From Dehalococcoidia bacterium (GTDB lineage Bacteria > Chloroflexota > Dehalococcoidia > SM23-28-2 > RBG-16-64-32), in NCBI GenBank assembly GCA_035512435.1, contig DATKDX010000047.1:137393-201392 (forward strand): 64,000 nucleotides of DNA. The letters run 5' to 3'. Shown here piece by piece: positions 19,184 through 28,216 of this stretch. A program made the translations under genes and the position numbers. Position 1 is the first letter of the stretch. Each line of letters begins with the position of its first letter. The notes beneath the pieces are model-generated. The model saw nothing but the letters and a program-made list of their open reading frames with translations. It was not told the origin of the DNA and searched no databases.

Positions 19184-19468
19184 ATGGATGGCAGAATGCC
19201 GAAACAGTCCGCGACTCCGGGGCGATACTTGATAAACGTTGAAGTTGAAGCGCTTGAAGAAGGCGGATTCCTCGCAAGCGCTACGAACCTACCTGGGGCG
19301 CACGCCGAGGGCGAGACCATTTCCGAAGCTATCGAATTCCTCGAGGACGTCGCACGTATCACTATCGAGCTTTGTCGTGAGAAGAACCTCCCTCTTCCGT
19401 CGCAGTTCGAGGGAGATGCGGCGACTCCTCTGATTCGGGCCGAGGTCCTCATTCAAGTTTCGGGGTGA
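19184..19468 (+). CDS. hicB: HicB family antitoxin
   Basis: ..YLINVEVEALEEGGFLASATNLPGAHAEGETISEAIEFLEDV.. is a HicB N-domain pattern. The start could be the ATG at 19184 or at 19196. The stop overlaps the hicA start. Confidence 0.75.
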   Translation: MDGRMPKQSATPGRYLINVEVEALEEGGFLASATNLPGAHAEGETISEAIEFLEDVARITIELCREKNLPLPSQFEGDAATPLIRAEVLIQVSG

Positions 19469-19674
19469 AATACTCAGAGCTTACCCGCAAGCTTCGTCGG
19501 CTCGGCGTCGAGTTTTACAGACAGGCCAAGGGAAGTCATGAGAAGTGGTGGTGGCCAGAGCGCGGCACGCATACAACCATTCCGAATCATCCGGGACGAG
19601 AGATCGCAGCCGGTACGCTTCGGAAAATCCTGAAAGACCTGGGCCTGACGGAGGAAGACCTAACTGGCAAGTAA
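19465..19674 (+). CDS. hicA: HicA family mRNA interferase toxin
   Basis: 69 aa. MKYSELTRKLRRLGVEFYRQAKGSHEKW...HPGREIAAGTLRKILKDLGL is a canonical HicA sequence. Confidence 0.85.
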   Translation: MKYSELTRKLRRLGVEFYRQAKGSHEKWWWPERGTHTTIPNHPGREIAAGTLRKILKDLGLTEEDLTGK

Positions 19675-19712
19675 GCTTGCCACTCGAGGCTTCTCCCGGC
19701 AAACTCTAGCGC

Positions 19713-20807
19713 ATGACTCCGCGCACCATCGCCGATATTCAGACGCCCGCTCTTATCCTGGATGCGGCTGCTATGCAGCGCAATATCGAGCGCATGGCGG
19801 ACTTCTACCGCGACGGCCCGACGAAATTGCGGCCGCACTTTAAGGCGCACAAGACCCCGGAAATAGCGCGACGACAGCTGGCGGCTGGGTCCGTCAGCGG
19901 GCTCACCTGCGCCACCGTTAACGAAGCCGAGATCGTGGCCGACTTCTGCGAGGACATCCTTATCGCCAACCAGGTTATTGGGGCTGACAAGGTGGCCCGC
20001 GTCGCCGCGGTCGCGGCCCGCGGCATCGACATGAAGATCGCGATCGATTCCACGACCGGCCTAGAGCAAATTTCGCGCGCCGCCCAGGACGCCGGGACGG
20101 AAGTCGGCGTCGTAGTCGACATCAACGTCGGCATGCCGCGCTGCGGGGTGGCGCCTGAGGAGGCCGCGGAACTTGCCAGGCGCGCCGCTGAAGCGCCAGG
20201 CGTGGTGCTGCGTGGCCTTATGGGCTATGAGGGTCACGCCGTCGGTATTCCTGAGCGCGACAAACGTGAGCACGTTGCCCGAGGTGCGATGGTGCGTCTG
20301 CTGGAGGCGGCAGCGAGCCTGCAGGGCGCGGGCCTGGCCTGCGAAATCGTATCTGCCGGTGGCACCGGAACGTATGACATCACGGGACGCATGGACGGGA
20401 TCACGGAGATACAAGCCGGTTCGTATGTGCTGATGGACACCGCTTACGGCAAGCTGGACATCCCCTTCGAGCAAGCAATGTGGGTCCTGGGCACCGTTAT
20501 CAGTCGCCCGTCGCCGACGCTATGCGTGACCGACTCCGGTCACAAGGCATGCACGGAAGACCACGGCAATCCGGACGTGCACGGCGTCGAAGGAGCGAGC
20601 TTGCTCTTTCTTTCGGATGAGCACGCCAGCATCATATTGCCCGCAGACTCGCGTATCGAAGTCGGCGACCGCATCATGCTGACGCCGTCGCACATCGACC
20701 CGACGATCAATCTGCACGACGCCTTCTACGTCGTTGATGGCGAGACCGTTGTCGACATCTGGCCTGTGACGGCACGGGGCTACGCGGAGCAGCGCCGCTA
20801 TGAGTGA
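19713..20807 (+). CDS. DSD1-family PLP-dependent enzyme (D-serine deaminase / D-threonine aldolase-like)
   Basis: 364 aa. TPALILD...LRPHFKAHKTPEIARRQL..GLTCATVNEAE is a fold-type III alanine-racemase-N pattern. Confidence 0.8.
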   Translation: MTPRTIADIQTPALILDAAAMQRNIERMADFYRDGPTKLRPHFKAHKTPEIARRQLAAGSVSGLTCATVNEAEIVADFCEDILIANQVIGADKVARVAAVAARGIDMKIAIDSTTGLEQISRAAQDAGTEVGVVVDINVGMPRCGVAPEEAAELARRAAEAPGVVLRGLMGYEGHAVGIPERDKREHVARGAMVRLLEAAASLQGAGLACEIVSAGGTGTYDITGRMDGITEIQAGSYVLMDTAYGKLDIPFEQAMWVLGTVISRPSPTLCVTDSGHKACTEDHGNPDVHGVEGASLLFLSDEHASIILPADSRIEVGDRIMLTPSHIDPTINLHDAFYVVDGETVVDIWPVTARGYAEQRRYE

Positions 20808-21274
20808 CCGCGAGGGCAGCGTGGTCGCCGTCTGCCTCAGTGAGGGGGGCGGCATTTCAAAGCACCCGCGCGCGCCGTGCGCATCGTAACTGCGGGGGTT
20901 GAGGGGGACCACCATGCCGGCGAATTGGACAGCCGAGGGGCGCCTAACCTGCGCCAGGTCACCGTCGTCGGCCCGAGTCGGTGGAAGCCGTCGGAGATGA
21001 GCTAGGCGTTAACATTCCGGCAGGCGGCCTGGGCGAAAACGTCCTTGTGCGCGGGCTGGGCGACCTGAGCGACCTGACGCCGGGACAGAGGCTGGGCTTC
21101 TCTTCCGGAGTTGAGCTTGAGATCACGGCGCAGAATGACCCCTGCCGCAACCTGATGGTCTACGGCGATACTGCCGTAAAGCGCTTATACGGGCGACGCG
21201 GCCTGCTCACCGCCGTGCGCGCCACCGGCGAGTTGACCGCCGGCGATACCATCAGCGTTCTCGATCGCACCTGA
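20800..21274 (+). pseudogene. MOSC domain protein gene broken by two frameshifts
   Basis: Three consecutive frames carry MOSC-like sequence. Frame 1, 20800-20889: MSDREGSVVAVCLSEGGGISKHP. Frame 0, about 20877-21005: VRIVTAGVEGDHHAG..RQVTVVG. Frame 2, 20981-21274: ESVEAVGDELGVNIPAGGLGENVLVRGL..ITAQNDPCRNL. The junctions lie at a (CG)n run (20867-20876) and a C3 run (20972-20974). Confidence 0.7.
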
Positions 21275-21341
21275 GACGCGCAATGACACTCCTCTGAACC
21301 CTCTGTTACCATAGGCGTCACATCTTCGGCGGAGGCACTTT

Positions 21342-22529
21342 TTGACGGAGGCCGGTCACAAACGCAGAGAACTGCGGTTTTCGCGCAAAACTGAGGCTAT
21401 TTCTGCGTCTGGAATCCGACGCTTCTTCGAACTTATCGCAAACCTCGACGGGGTTATCTCGCTCGGCGTCGGTGAGCCTGACTTCGTGACTCCCGAGCGC
21501 TACAGTCGAGCGGCCTTTGAGGCAGTTGAGCAGGGCGAGACGCATTACACCTCGAACTACGGCATCGCCGCCCTGCGCGAGGCGATCGCGAACCACCTGC
21601 AGGGCCTTTACGGCGTCCGCTATGATCCGCAGCGGGAGATCATCGTCACGATCGGCGTCTCGGAAGGGCTTCTGCTGTCGACCCATGCACTCCTGGACCC
21701 CGGCGACAATATCCTTTGCCCGGACCCGTATTACGTCGCTTACCCGCCAGCCGTTGCCCTGGCCGGAGGAGAGCTTATCCCGGTGCCGACCGAGATGGAG
21801 AACAATTTCCGGGTCACTGCCGGCGAGATAGAGTCGCGGATCACTCCTGACACTAAGGCGATTCTTCTCGGGTACCCGTCGAACCCAACGGGCGCGCAGA
21901 TGCCGCGCGAGGACCTGGCCGCTATCGCGGACGTCGCCGCCCGCCACGACCTGATCGTCATTTCGGATGAAATCTATGACCGGCTGAGCTATGGCATGGA
22001 CCACACGTGCTTCGCCTCACTCCCTGGCATGAAAGAGCGAACGGTGCTCCTCGGCGGATTCTCCAAGTCCTATGCGATGACCGGCTGGCGCGTGGGTTGG
22101 ATTTGCGCTCCCTCCGACATCCTGGAAGCGATGATGAAAATCCATCAGTACATCATCATGTCGGCGCCGACGCCCTCCCAGTATGCCGCACTCGAAGCGA
22201 TCACCAACGGCGAGGAAGACGTACGGCGCTTCGTAGCCGAGTTCGACCGGCGGCGCAAGCTGATGGTGAAGGGCGTGCAGGACATCGGGCTCACTACCTA
22301 CGAACCGCACGGGGCCTTCTACGTCTTCCCCTCCATCCGCGTCACCGGCATGGATGACGTCGAGTTCGCGGAGCGTCTTCTCGATGAAGAGAAAGTCGTC
22401 GTCATCCCCGGCTCCACCTTCGGCGAATGCGGCCGCGGCCACGTCCGCATGTGTTACGCCGCGCCATACAACCTGATCGAAGAAGCGATCGAGCGCATCG
22501 GCCGCTTCGTTGACCGGCACCGGGCATAA
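21342..22529 (+). CDS. Pyridoxal phosphate-dependent aminotransferase (class I/II)
   Basis: 395 aa. ..YPSNPTGA.. and ..GFSKSYAMTGWRVGW.. (PLP lysine motif). TTG start with GGAGG 6 nt upstream. Confidence 0.9.
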   Translation: MTEAGHKRRELRFSRKTEAISASGIRRFFELIANLDGVISLGVGEPDFVTPERYSRAAFEAVEQGETHYTSNYGIAALREAIANHLQGLYGVRYDPQREIIVTIGVSEGLLLSTHALLDPGDNILCPDPYYVAYPPAVALAGGELIPVPTEMENNFRVTAGEIESRITPDTKAILLGYPSNPTGAQMPREDLAAIADVAARHDLIVISDEIYDRLSYGMDHTCFASLPGMKERTVLLGGFSKSYAMTGWRVGWICAPSDILEAMMKIHQYIIMSAPTPSQYAALEAITNGEEDVRRFVAEFDRRRKLMVKGVQDIGLTTYEPHGAFYVFPSIRVTGMDDVEFAERLLDEEKVVVIPGSTFGECGRGHVRMCYAAPYNLIEEAIERIGRFVDRHRA

Positions 22530-22587
22530 TTAGCGTTCTGCAATCCATTAATCGAGTCCATTCGCCGTCACTTCACGTTTCTACAGC

Positions 22588-23850
22588 GTGAGCCTGAAAA
22601 TTCGCGCCCTGACGCCCATCGTCCTGGGCGCGAGTCTCGTTCTCGGGGCATGTGGAGATGACGACGCCGACGACGGGCCCACTTTGACGCCTACGACCAC
22701 CACAACTGAATCTGGGTCGCCCGGCACGCCGACTGTCAGTCAGTCGAGCGATCCCACGGGTGCCGTGACTGAAGCTCCACTACCGCCCCAGGAGAACGGC
22801 TACCGCCTCGAGGCTGTTCTTTCGGCCGATTACCTCGGTGGAGCAGTTGGGCCTGCGATCGCGCTGGCTCTAGTTCCCGAGGAGGATAACGCGGCCATTG
22901 TGGCGCTGCAGAACGGCCTCATGTATCGTGTGGCGCTCGACGGCTCGGAGGCGCCGGCGCTGTGGGGCGACGTGCAGCACCTGATGCCGAACGTGGGCCT
23001 CGATAGCCTCGGCGAGCAGGGCTTGCTTTCGCTGGCATTCTCACCCAACTTCACGAACGACGGCCGAGTCTACCTGTACTACACGCGCGGCAGCCCGAGT
23101 CCATCCGTGCTGTCACGCTTCGAGGCGACGATGAAGGCCCTCGATGTGGAGAGCGAGGAGGTGTTGATTGAGTTTCCCCAGTTCGCGGCCAACCACAACG
23201 GCGGCCACATCGTCTTCGATGCGGACGGGAACCTGCTTCTGTCGCTCGGCGACGGTGGCGGTGGGGGTGACCCGCAGGGCAACGGTCAGAACACGAACAC
23301 GATGCTCGGATCGGTGATCCGGATAGATGTCTCGCCGGGAAGCGGTTACGAGATACCGCCCAACAACCCTTTCGGCAACGAAATTTTCGCATACGGCCTG
23401 CGTAACCCGTGGCGCATGAGCGTCGACTCGCAGACGGGCGACATCTGGCTGGGCGATGTGGGCCAGGGCCAGTACGAAGAGGTGGACCGCATCGTGGCGG
23501 GCGGCAACTACGGGTGGAACTGCTACGAGGCATTTGTCCAGTACGAATTTACGGACGCCTGCGTTAACGAGAGCTTTGTGGAGCCGCGCGCGGCATACAG
23601 CCACGAGTCCGGCGTCGCCGTCACCGGTGGCTTCGTCTACCCCGGCTCCGCGCTGCCGGAACTGTACGGCTGGTATGTGTATGGCGACTTCTACAGCGGC
23701 ATCCTCTGGGCCGCCAACACTGCGGATTCTTCCGATCCCGTCCTGCTCACCGAGGAAGGCGTGAACATCGCATCGTTCACGGAATTGCCGGACGGAGGAC
23801 TGCTGATCGTGTCCTACTCCGACGGGATTTTCCGGCTCGCGCGCGATTGA
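22588..23850 (+). CDS. PQQ-dependent sugar dehydrogenase, lipoprotein
   Basis: 420 aa. Lipobox LVLGAC followed by GDDDADDG. HNGGHIVFDADGNLLLSLGDGG, ..FAYGLRNPWRMS.. and GGNYGWNCYE are typical of the soluble glucose/sorbosone dehydrogenase beta-propeller. Confidence 0.85.
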   Translation: MSLKIRALTPIVLGASLVLGACGDDDADDGPTLTPTTTTTESGSPGTPTVSQSSDPTGAVTEAPLPPQENGYRLEAVLSADYLGGAVGPAIALALVPEEDNAAIVALQNGLMYRVALDGSEAPALWGDVQHLMPNVGLDSLGEQGLLSLAFSPNFTNDGRVYLYYTRGSPSPSVLSRFEATMKALDVESEEVLIEFPQFAANHNGGHIVFDADGNLLLSLGDGGGGGDPQGNGQNTNTMLGSVIRIDVSPGSGYEIPPNNPFGNEIFAYGLRNPWRMSVDSQTGDIWLGDVGQGQYEEVDRIVAGGNYGWNCYEAFVQYEFTDACVNESFVEPRAAYSHESGVAVTGGFVYPGSALPELYGWYVYGDFYSGILWAANTADSSDPVLLTEEGVNIASFTELPDGGLLIVSYSDGIFRLARD

Positions 23851-23893
23851 GGTGGGTTTGGCAGCGCGCCAGTATCCGGGCTAGTATGTTGGC

Positions 23894-25426
23894 GTGGCAC
23901 CCCGCCTTCTTCGTTTCGCTATCGCCGTTTCGGGGCTCGCTTTCGCAACTCTCGCCATCCTTACACCCGGTGGTGCTTCACGGGCAGGCGATTCACTACA
24001 AGGCGACGCAGACTGTAACGGCCTGATCGGAGGGTCAGACGCCCTCGCCGTCATCATCGCAGTCGCTACAGAGAACTCGCCCGAGTGCGACTTCGCCGCT
24101 GATATCGACTGCGATGGAGATGTCGACGAGGCCGACGCCCTGGGCATCCTCCGCCACGTCGGCGGAATCATATCCAACACGGCAGATGATGGCTGCACAC
24201 CCATCGGCCAGCCGCTTCACCTGGACACGCCGCCACCATCCGATCCTCCGACCATCGTCGAAACACCGACGCCAACCGTAACACCCACACCGACACCATC
24301 GGCGCCGCCAACACCCACGAATCCGCCGACAACGCCGATTGCTGACGGGTACGGACTGCAGGAGGTGCTGGCCAAGGCGCAACTGGGCGTCGCTGGCACC
24401 GACAAGGTCGAGCTAGCAATGATCCCCAGCGTGGAGAGCCAGGCCATACTGGCTCTACAGACCGGTCAGATCTTTCGGATCTCGCTCACTAACTCTTTTG
24501 CGCCCGTGCTCTGGGGCAATCTCACTACTCTCGTCAACTTCGATGGCAACGAGCAAGGCCTCCTGTCGGTGGCCCTTTCCCCCAATTTCGATGGCTCCGG
24601 CGAAGTCTTTGCCTACTACTCCGTCCCTGATCCGCGTCCGGCGAACCCCTGGTTCACCTACCTTGCACGCTTCACGGCCACGACGAACGAACTCCACGAA
24701 GCCAGTCGTGAGACCGTGATCGAAATCGAGGAGTTCGACCACCGGCACCAAGGTGGCCACATCGTCTTCGACTTCGATGACAACCTGCTCCTCTCCCTGG
24801 GCGACGGTGGCTTCAGCGGTGACGCGCTGGAGGCCGCTCAGAACCTGAATCGGCTGCTGGGCAAGGTCATTCGCATCGACGTTTCGCCGCTGCCGTACAC
24901 CATACCGCCGTCGAACCCATTCGTCGGCGTGGGCGGCGGCGTCCGCGAAGAGATCTTCGCTTACGGGTTCCGTAACCCCTGGCGGATGACGATCGACTCG
25001 GCGACCGGCGAGATCTGGCTGGGCGATGTGGGTGAGGGGAAGTGGGAGGAGGTGAACCACGTTGTCGCAGGCGGCAACTACGGCTGGGACTGCTTCGAAG
25101 GGCATGAGGTCTTCGAGACCCCCGGCCCGAACGATATGTGCGAAGGCCCCTTCGTGACTCCGCGCGCTGTCTACGGGCACAACCTGGGCATCGCGATCAT
25201 CGGCGGATACGTGTACAGGGGCTCCGCCATGCCGGAGCTAAACGGCTGGTACGTCTACGCGGACTATTTCACCGCGCGCGTATGGGCGGTCAACACGGCC
25301 GACGACGGCGACCCCATCCTCCTGCACGACGCCGACTGCTGCATCACATCTTTCGCCGAAGACGATGACGGCGAACTGCTCATCGTCTCCAAGGACGAGG
25401 GCATCCACCGCCTGGTGCGCAACTAG
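23894..25426 (+). CDS. PQQ-dependent sugar dehydrogenase paralog with N-terminal dockerin-like module
   Basis: 510 aa. It has a signal peptide, then two EF-hand-like loops (GDADCNGLIGGSDAL and DIDCDGDVDEADAL), then a PT-rich linker, then the same propeller motifs as the upstream gene (HQGGHIVFDFDDNLLLSLGDGG, FAYGFRNPWRMT, GGNYGWDCFE). Confidence 0.8.
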   Translation: MAPRLLRFAIAVSGLAFATLAILTPGGASRAGDSLQGDADCNGLIGGSDALAVIIAVATENSPECDFAADIDCDGDVDEADALGILRHVGGIISNTADDGCTPIGQPLHLDTPPPSDPPTIVETPTPTVTPTPTPSAPPTPTNPPTTPIADGYGLQEVLAKAQLGVAGTDKVELAMIPSVESQAILALQTGQIFRISLTNSFAPVLWGNLTTLVNFDGNEQGLLSVALSPNFDGSGEVFAYYSVPDPRPANPWFTYLARFTATTNELHEASRETVIEIEEFDHRHQGGHIVFDFDDNLLLSLGDGGFSGDALEAAQNLNRLLGKVIRIDVSPLPYTIPPSNPFVGVGGGVREEIFAYGFRNPWRMTIDSATGEIWLGDVGEGKWEEVNHVVAGGNYGWDCFEGHEVFETPGPNDMCEGPFVTPRAVYGHNLGIAIIGGYVYRGSAMPELNGWYVYADYFTARVWAVNTADDGDPILLHDADCCITSFAEDDDGELLIVSKDEGIHRLVRN

Positions 25427-26133
25427 TCCGCCGGCACCTCCAGCGACTCCACCAGCGGCGTGAGGAAAGGCTCGTACTCGGCCAGCGCCTCTGCTGACTG
25501 AAAGCCTTGCTCCGCGGCGATTGCCTGGTCGTAGAGCGCGACGACGAGGTACAGTTTCGCGGCGTCGAACGTCGCGCGGCCTTCGTAGCGCTCGATGACG
25601 GCGCCGTCCTCGTTCGTGATGGTGTAACCGTAGGAGATGCCGCAGAACTCACCGAAGGAGACCGGCGCCGGCTCGTCCAGCGAAATGTTCAGTCCTGGCG
25701 CGTCCCTATCGATTTGCACGCCTCCGTAGAGGCCGTCTGCCCAGTCGGCCATCGCCTCAAAACCCCCGGACGGTTCGAACGGGAGATCGAACTGGAGCAA
25801 CTCCACGGTGCCGACGATGCCAACTGGGTTGCTCACAGCAAGCAGGGGCGCGTCACCCTCGGCGTCGGCGACTACCCATCCCTCGGGCGCGGGTATCGTT
25901 GCGGGCAGGACCGCGTCCCAGGTCAGGTCGCCGCCGGCGGCCGGTTGAGCGGTGTTCGGCTCGCACTCGCCGGTGGCGGGGGCGGGTGTGGTCGGCTCGG
26001 CGGGGGCGGTTTCGCTGGCATCCGGCGAGGTTGTCTCGCCGGCGTCATCGTCGTCGTCGTCATCGTCTCCGCAGGCCGCGAACAGCGCGACCGCGAGCGC
26101 GGCGAGGAGCATCAGGAGTGCCTTCATGTCCAC
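25423..26133 (-). CDS. Hypothetical lipoprotein
   Basis: 236 aa. Signal peptide with lipobox LFAAC followed by GDDDDDDDD. I recognise no family. Confidence 0.6.
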   Translation of the reverse strand: MDMKALLMLLAALAVALFAACGDDDDDDDDAGETTSPDASETAPAEPTTPAPATGECEPNTAQPAAGGDLTWDAVLPATIPAPEGWVVADAEGDAPLLAVSNPVGIVGTVELLQFDLPFEPSGGFEAMADWADGLYGGVQIDRDAPGLNISLDEPAPVSFGEFCGISYGYTITNEDGAVIERYEGRATFDAAKLYLVVALYDQAIAAEQGFQSAEALAEYEPFLTPLVESLEVPAD

Positions 26134-26225
26134 CTCTCTCTTTTCATGGGCATGATAACCGTACTCTGGGGCTGGTGACTGCTATCACAACGAATCGCGC
26201 AGATTATCGCTAAACTACAGACGAC

Positions 26226-26876
26226 ATGGCGACTCGCTACGATATTCCGCAGGGGGCGCGTCTGCGCGTCCTTACCGTCTCCGGCCACGTGGAGATTGAC
26301 ACCGGGGACAACCCGTACATCGAGATCGATCCCGAGGACCGTCGCATCGAGATCCGCGATGAGGAAAAGGTTGCCGAGACGCGAACCCGCTCCACTAACC
26401 TCCGTATCACCGTGCCTGCCGGCATGAACGTGTCGGTCGGCAGCGTTTCCGGTCACGTTCACCTGCGCGGCGACTTCGGCAGCATCAAGGTGAGCACCGT
26501 GTCCGGCCATATCGAGGTAGGCGCAGTCCGCGGCGATGTCGACATCCGCAGCATCAGCGGACACCTCATCGTCGACCGCTGCGACGGCCGTGTCCGCTGC
26601 AACACGAAGAGCGCGCGTATCGAGGTGGGCTGGGTGGGCCAGGAGGCGCGCGCCCAGACGATGAGCGGCGACATCGAGCTGGGGACCGCCGGTAACAAGG
26701 ACATCGAACTCCGCTCGATTTCCGGAAGGATCAACGTCAAGGTCGACTCCGGCAAGCATCCGAAGGTCCACCTGAAAACGCTTTCGGGCAAGGTCCGCTG
26801 CGAGATCCCCCAGGGCCAGGACTTCGACATCGTCGCCAAGACGCTCTCCGGTTCGATCCAGGTCGAAGAGGCATGA
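26226..26876 (+). CDS. DUF4097-like beta-strand repeat protein (no signal peptide)
   Basis: 216 aa with iterated (V/I)SG(H/D/R/K)(I/V) strands (TVSGHVEI, SVSGHVHL, TVSGHIEV, SISGHLIV, TMSGDIEL, SISGRINV, TLSGKVRC, TLSGSIQV), as in the DUF4097 'putative adhesin' family. Confidence 0.65.
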   Translation: MATRYDIPQGARLRVLTVSGHVEIDTGDNPYIEIDPEDRRIEIRDEEKVAETRTRSTNLRITVPAGMNVSVGSVSGHVHLRGDFGSIKVSTVSGHIEVGAVRGDVDIRSISGHLIVDRCDGRVRCNTKSARIEVGWVGQEARAQTMSGDIELGTAGNKDIELRSISGRINVKVDSGKHPKVHLKTLSGKVRCEIPQGQDFDIVAKTLSGSIQVEEA

Positions 26877-27406
26877 CTGGAGCCACTGCCGTGGAGACGC
26901 TGCAGGGCACTATCGTCTTCACGGACCTAAGCGGCTTCACCGAGTACACAGCGCTCCGCGGTGACGACGCCGCCATCCGGCTGCTGGACCTCCAGGACAA
27001 GCTGGTCACGGGCCGCATGAACGGCCGCGGCCGCATCGTGAAACACCTGGGCGACGGGCTGATGCTCTGGTTCGACGACCCGTGCGACGCCATCGACCTC
27101 TCGCTCGCGCTCCAGGAGGAGTTCGAGGAGCACTCCGGCGATGAAGACATGCCCCTCTGGGTGCGCATCGGCATCCACTACGGCGAGCCGGCCCGGCGCG
27201 GCCCGGACCTTATCGGTCACGACGTCAACGTCGCAGCCCGCATCGTCGATCTCGCAGCGCCCGGCGAGGTGCTGGCCTCCGAGGTGTGCACCTCGAAGGC
27301 GGGCCAGATGAATGGCATCGTCTTCGAGGAAGTGGGGCCTACGATTATGAAGGGGCTGCCGGAGCCGGTCGGCATCTACCGCGTGATGCGAGACTGGGAC
27401 GCCTAA
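26873..27406 (+). CDS. Stand-alone class III adenylate/guanylate cyclase catalytic domain protein
   Basis: 177 aa. IVFTDLSGFT (metal Asp), KHLGDGLMLWF (second metal Asp), GIHYGE, GHDVNVAARI (Asn/Arg). The ATG overlaps the upstream stop (ATGA). Confidence 0.8.
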   Translation: MTGATAVETLQGTIVFTDLSGFTEYTALRGDDAAIRLLDLQDKLVTGRMNGRGRIVKHLGDGLMLWFDDPCDAIDLSLALQEEFEEHSGDEDMPLWVRIGIHYGEPARRGPDLIGHDVNVAARIVDLAAPGEVLASEVCTSKAGQMNGIVFEEVGPTIMKGLPEPVGIYRVMRDWDA

Positions 27407-28215
27407 CGCCAGGCGTGGTCCTTGGTCGCCGCAACGAACTCGCGGACGGGGCCCGGCGCACCCGCCACGACGCCCTCGCTATAGATTGTGACCGGCTCCC
27501 CAGCGCGGTCCAGCGCAACTCCGCCGCCCTCCCGTATCTGCACGATTCCAGCAACCATATCCCACGGTGCCAGGAAGCTGTGCGCGTAGATGTCGAAGCG
27601 CCCGCTCGCTGTGTAAGACAGGCCGAGCGCCGCGCTGCCGATGTTTTGCGCCATCTGGATCGCCGGCCAGACGTCCGCCAGCAGCGACAGCAGCATCTTG
27701 GACCGCGTGTAGCTGTACCCCAGTCCGAAGCCCAGCAGGGCGTCCTCCAGCCTCGCCGCGTCTGACACACGAGAGGGCGTACCGTTCAACGTCAATCCCT
27801 CCCCTGCAACCGCCACCCACTCGTCGCCCGTCACCGGCTGCAGGGTGACGCCCAGCAACGGCTCCCCGTCGAAGCACAGCCCGATGTTGAAGCAGAACGT
27901 CGGAATGCCGCGCGCGAAGTTGGACGTGCCGTCGATGGGGTCGACGACCCACAGCCAGCCCTCACGCCAGTTCTCAACCGTATCCGACGTCTCTTCGCCG
28001 AGCACAGGCATGCCGGGGTATTCTGCCGCGAGGATGTCCATTGTCGCCTTTTCGCAGGCCAGATCGAACTCTGTAAGGAAGTCGCCGCGCCTCTTGATGG
28101 TCTTGGCGATGGGGCTGCGGTAGGCCGCCATCATGATGTCTGAGGCGGCAGAGGCTGCCTGCCGCGCCACTTGCAAGGCGGACTGGCCGGATGCGCCGGC
28201 CGGTAGGTCAGCCAA
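27403..28215 (-). CDS. Inositol monophosphatase family protein
   Basis: 270 aa. ..VLGEE.. and WVVDPIDGTSNF motifs. Confidence 0.85.
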   Translation of the reverse strand: MADLPAGASGQSALQVARQAASAASDIMMAAYRSPIAKTIKRRGDFLTEFDLACEKATMDILAAEYPGMPVLGEETSDTVENWREGWLWVVDPIDGTSNFARGIPTFCFNIGLCFDGEPLLGVTLQPVTGDEWVAVAGEGLTLNGTPSRVSDAARLEDALLGFGLGYSYTRSKMLLSLLADVWPAIQMAQNIGSAALGLSYTASGRFDIYAHSFLAPWDMVAGIVQIREGGGVALDRAGEPVTIYSEGVVAGAPGPVREFVAATKDHAWR

Positions 28216-28216
28216 A

